Source of the DNA: Haliotis rufescens
Taxonomy: Eukaryota
Assembly (NCBI RefSeq): GCF_023055435.1
Contig: NW_025964001.1
Span: 60,450,001-60,514,000 of the forward strand
Length of the DNA stretch: 64,000 nt
Direction of reading: 5' to 3'
A program made the translations under genes and the position numbers. Positions 63,411 through 64,000 of the stretch are shown here, in pieces (within the stretch, counting starts at the first letter, position 1; the number at the start of each line of letters is the position of its first letter). The notes under the pieces are model-generated. The model had not been told where the DNA came from, ran no database searches, and saw nothing but the letters and a program-made list of their open reading frames with translations.

Positions 63411-64000
63411 GAGGCGCAATAAAGTCACTGATAACAGTCTTTTTAAATCAGGCGAAGATTGATCACCATTTAGGTCCCATGCTATTGAAACGGTTTAACT
63501 CCTGAATCTTTAATATTCAAGGATTTTTTTCGCATGCAGGTTTCAAATAAGTTCAAAATTTGCAACTTTGGTCTGATTAAACAATTGCAATCCTAAATAG
63601 ATAAAAAAAAAGCGAGGGACCTCCAGGGCACGATGTATAATAAAATATAGCGCATTTTAGATTTGAAGATAACAAATAACAATGCTTATTAACTGAAATT
63701 GATCCAAAATTCAGTCTGGACCTAAACAAACAGTTATTCTGCATCATAGATTTCACGTTAGCCCTGTTTCAAGTGCCCTTTAACTGAGCGAGATGGCTGG
63801 CAACACATTTTCATTTGGTTTATCAATTAAGAGATTGTTGAACAGTTAGTCACACTACAAGATGTAACTAATATTGTACAGCACGTACCTTCTCCCGCAG
63901 CACTGTCCTAACGGCTAGGTCGAACTGACCACTGGTCAGGCATTTAAGTGACCAAACGTTTACCGCACGGTAGTTCAAGGGTGATATTTCACTCCTGTCA

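Noticed and set aside
20076-64000. Metalloprotease or prodomain exons making the gene a catalytic ADAMTS
   Set aside because: None seen, and the signal exon joins TSP1-1 in phase

Overview
Eukaryotic, repeat-rich animal DNA. The SINE set with (ACTC)n/(AAAC)n tails suggests a mollusc, probably a gastropod such as abalone (inference). One well-supported gene: a minus-strand, secreted, non-catalytic ADAMTS-like protein (papilin/punctin/THSD4 type). I reconstructed 12 phase-consistent GT-AG coding exons from an ATG at 27822 to a donor at 7873 (513 aa: signal peptide, TSP1, Cys-rich module, spacer, 3 more TSP1). The only downstream acceptor I found (6965) opens in frame directly into a 30-bp minisatellite encoding (EGCTIVLYHM)n, a candidate repeat-born terminal exon. 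The rest is non-coding: four short retroelement families sharing a 3' stem-loop (three tRNA-headed, one with a pseudoknot-like head instead), Deu/Nin-type SINE remnants, many MITEs, Penelope-like fragments with hammerhead-like motifs, about 12 minisatellites (several born from splice junctions or transposons), a SINE-mediated inverted templated insertion and a 132-N gap. No CRISPR array, rRNA or genuine tRNA gene. All calls were made by eye without database searches; repeat boundaries are approximate.
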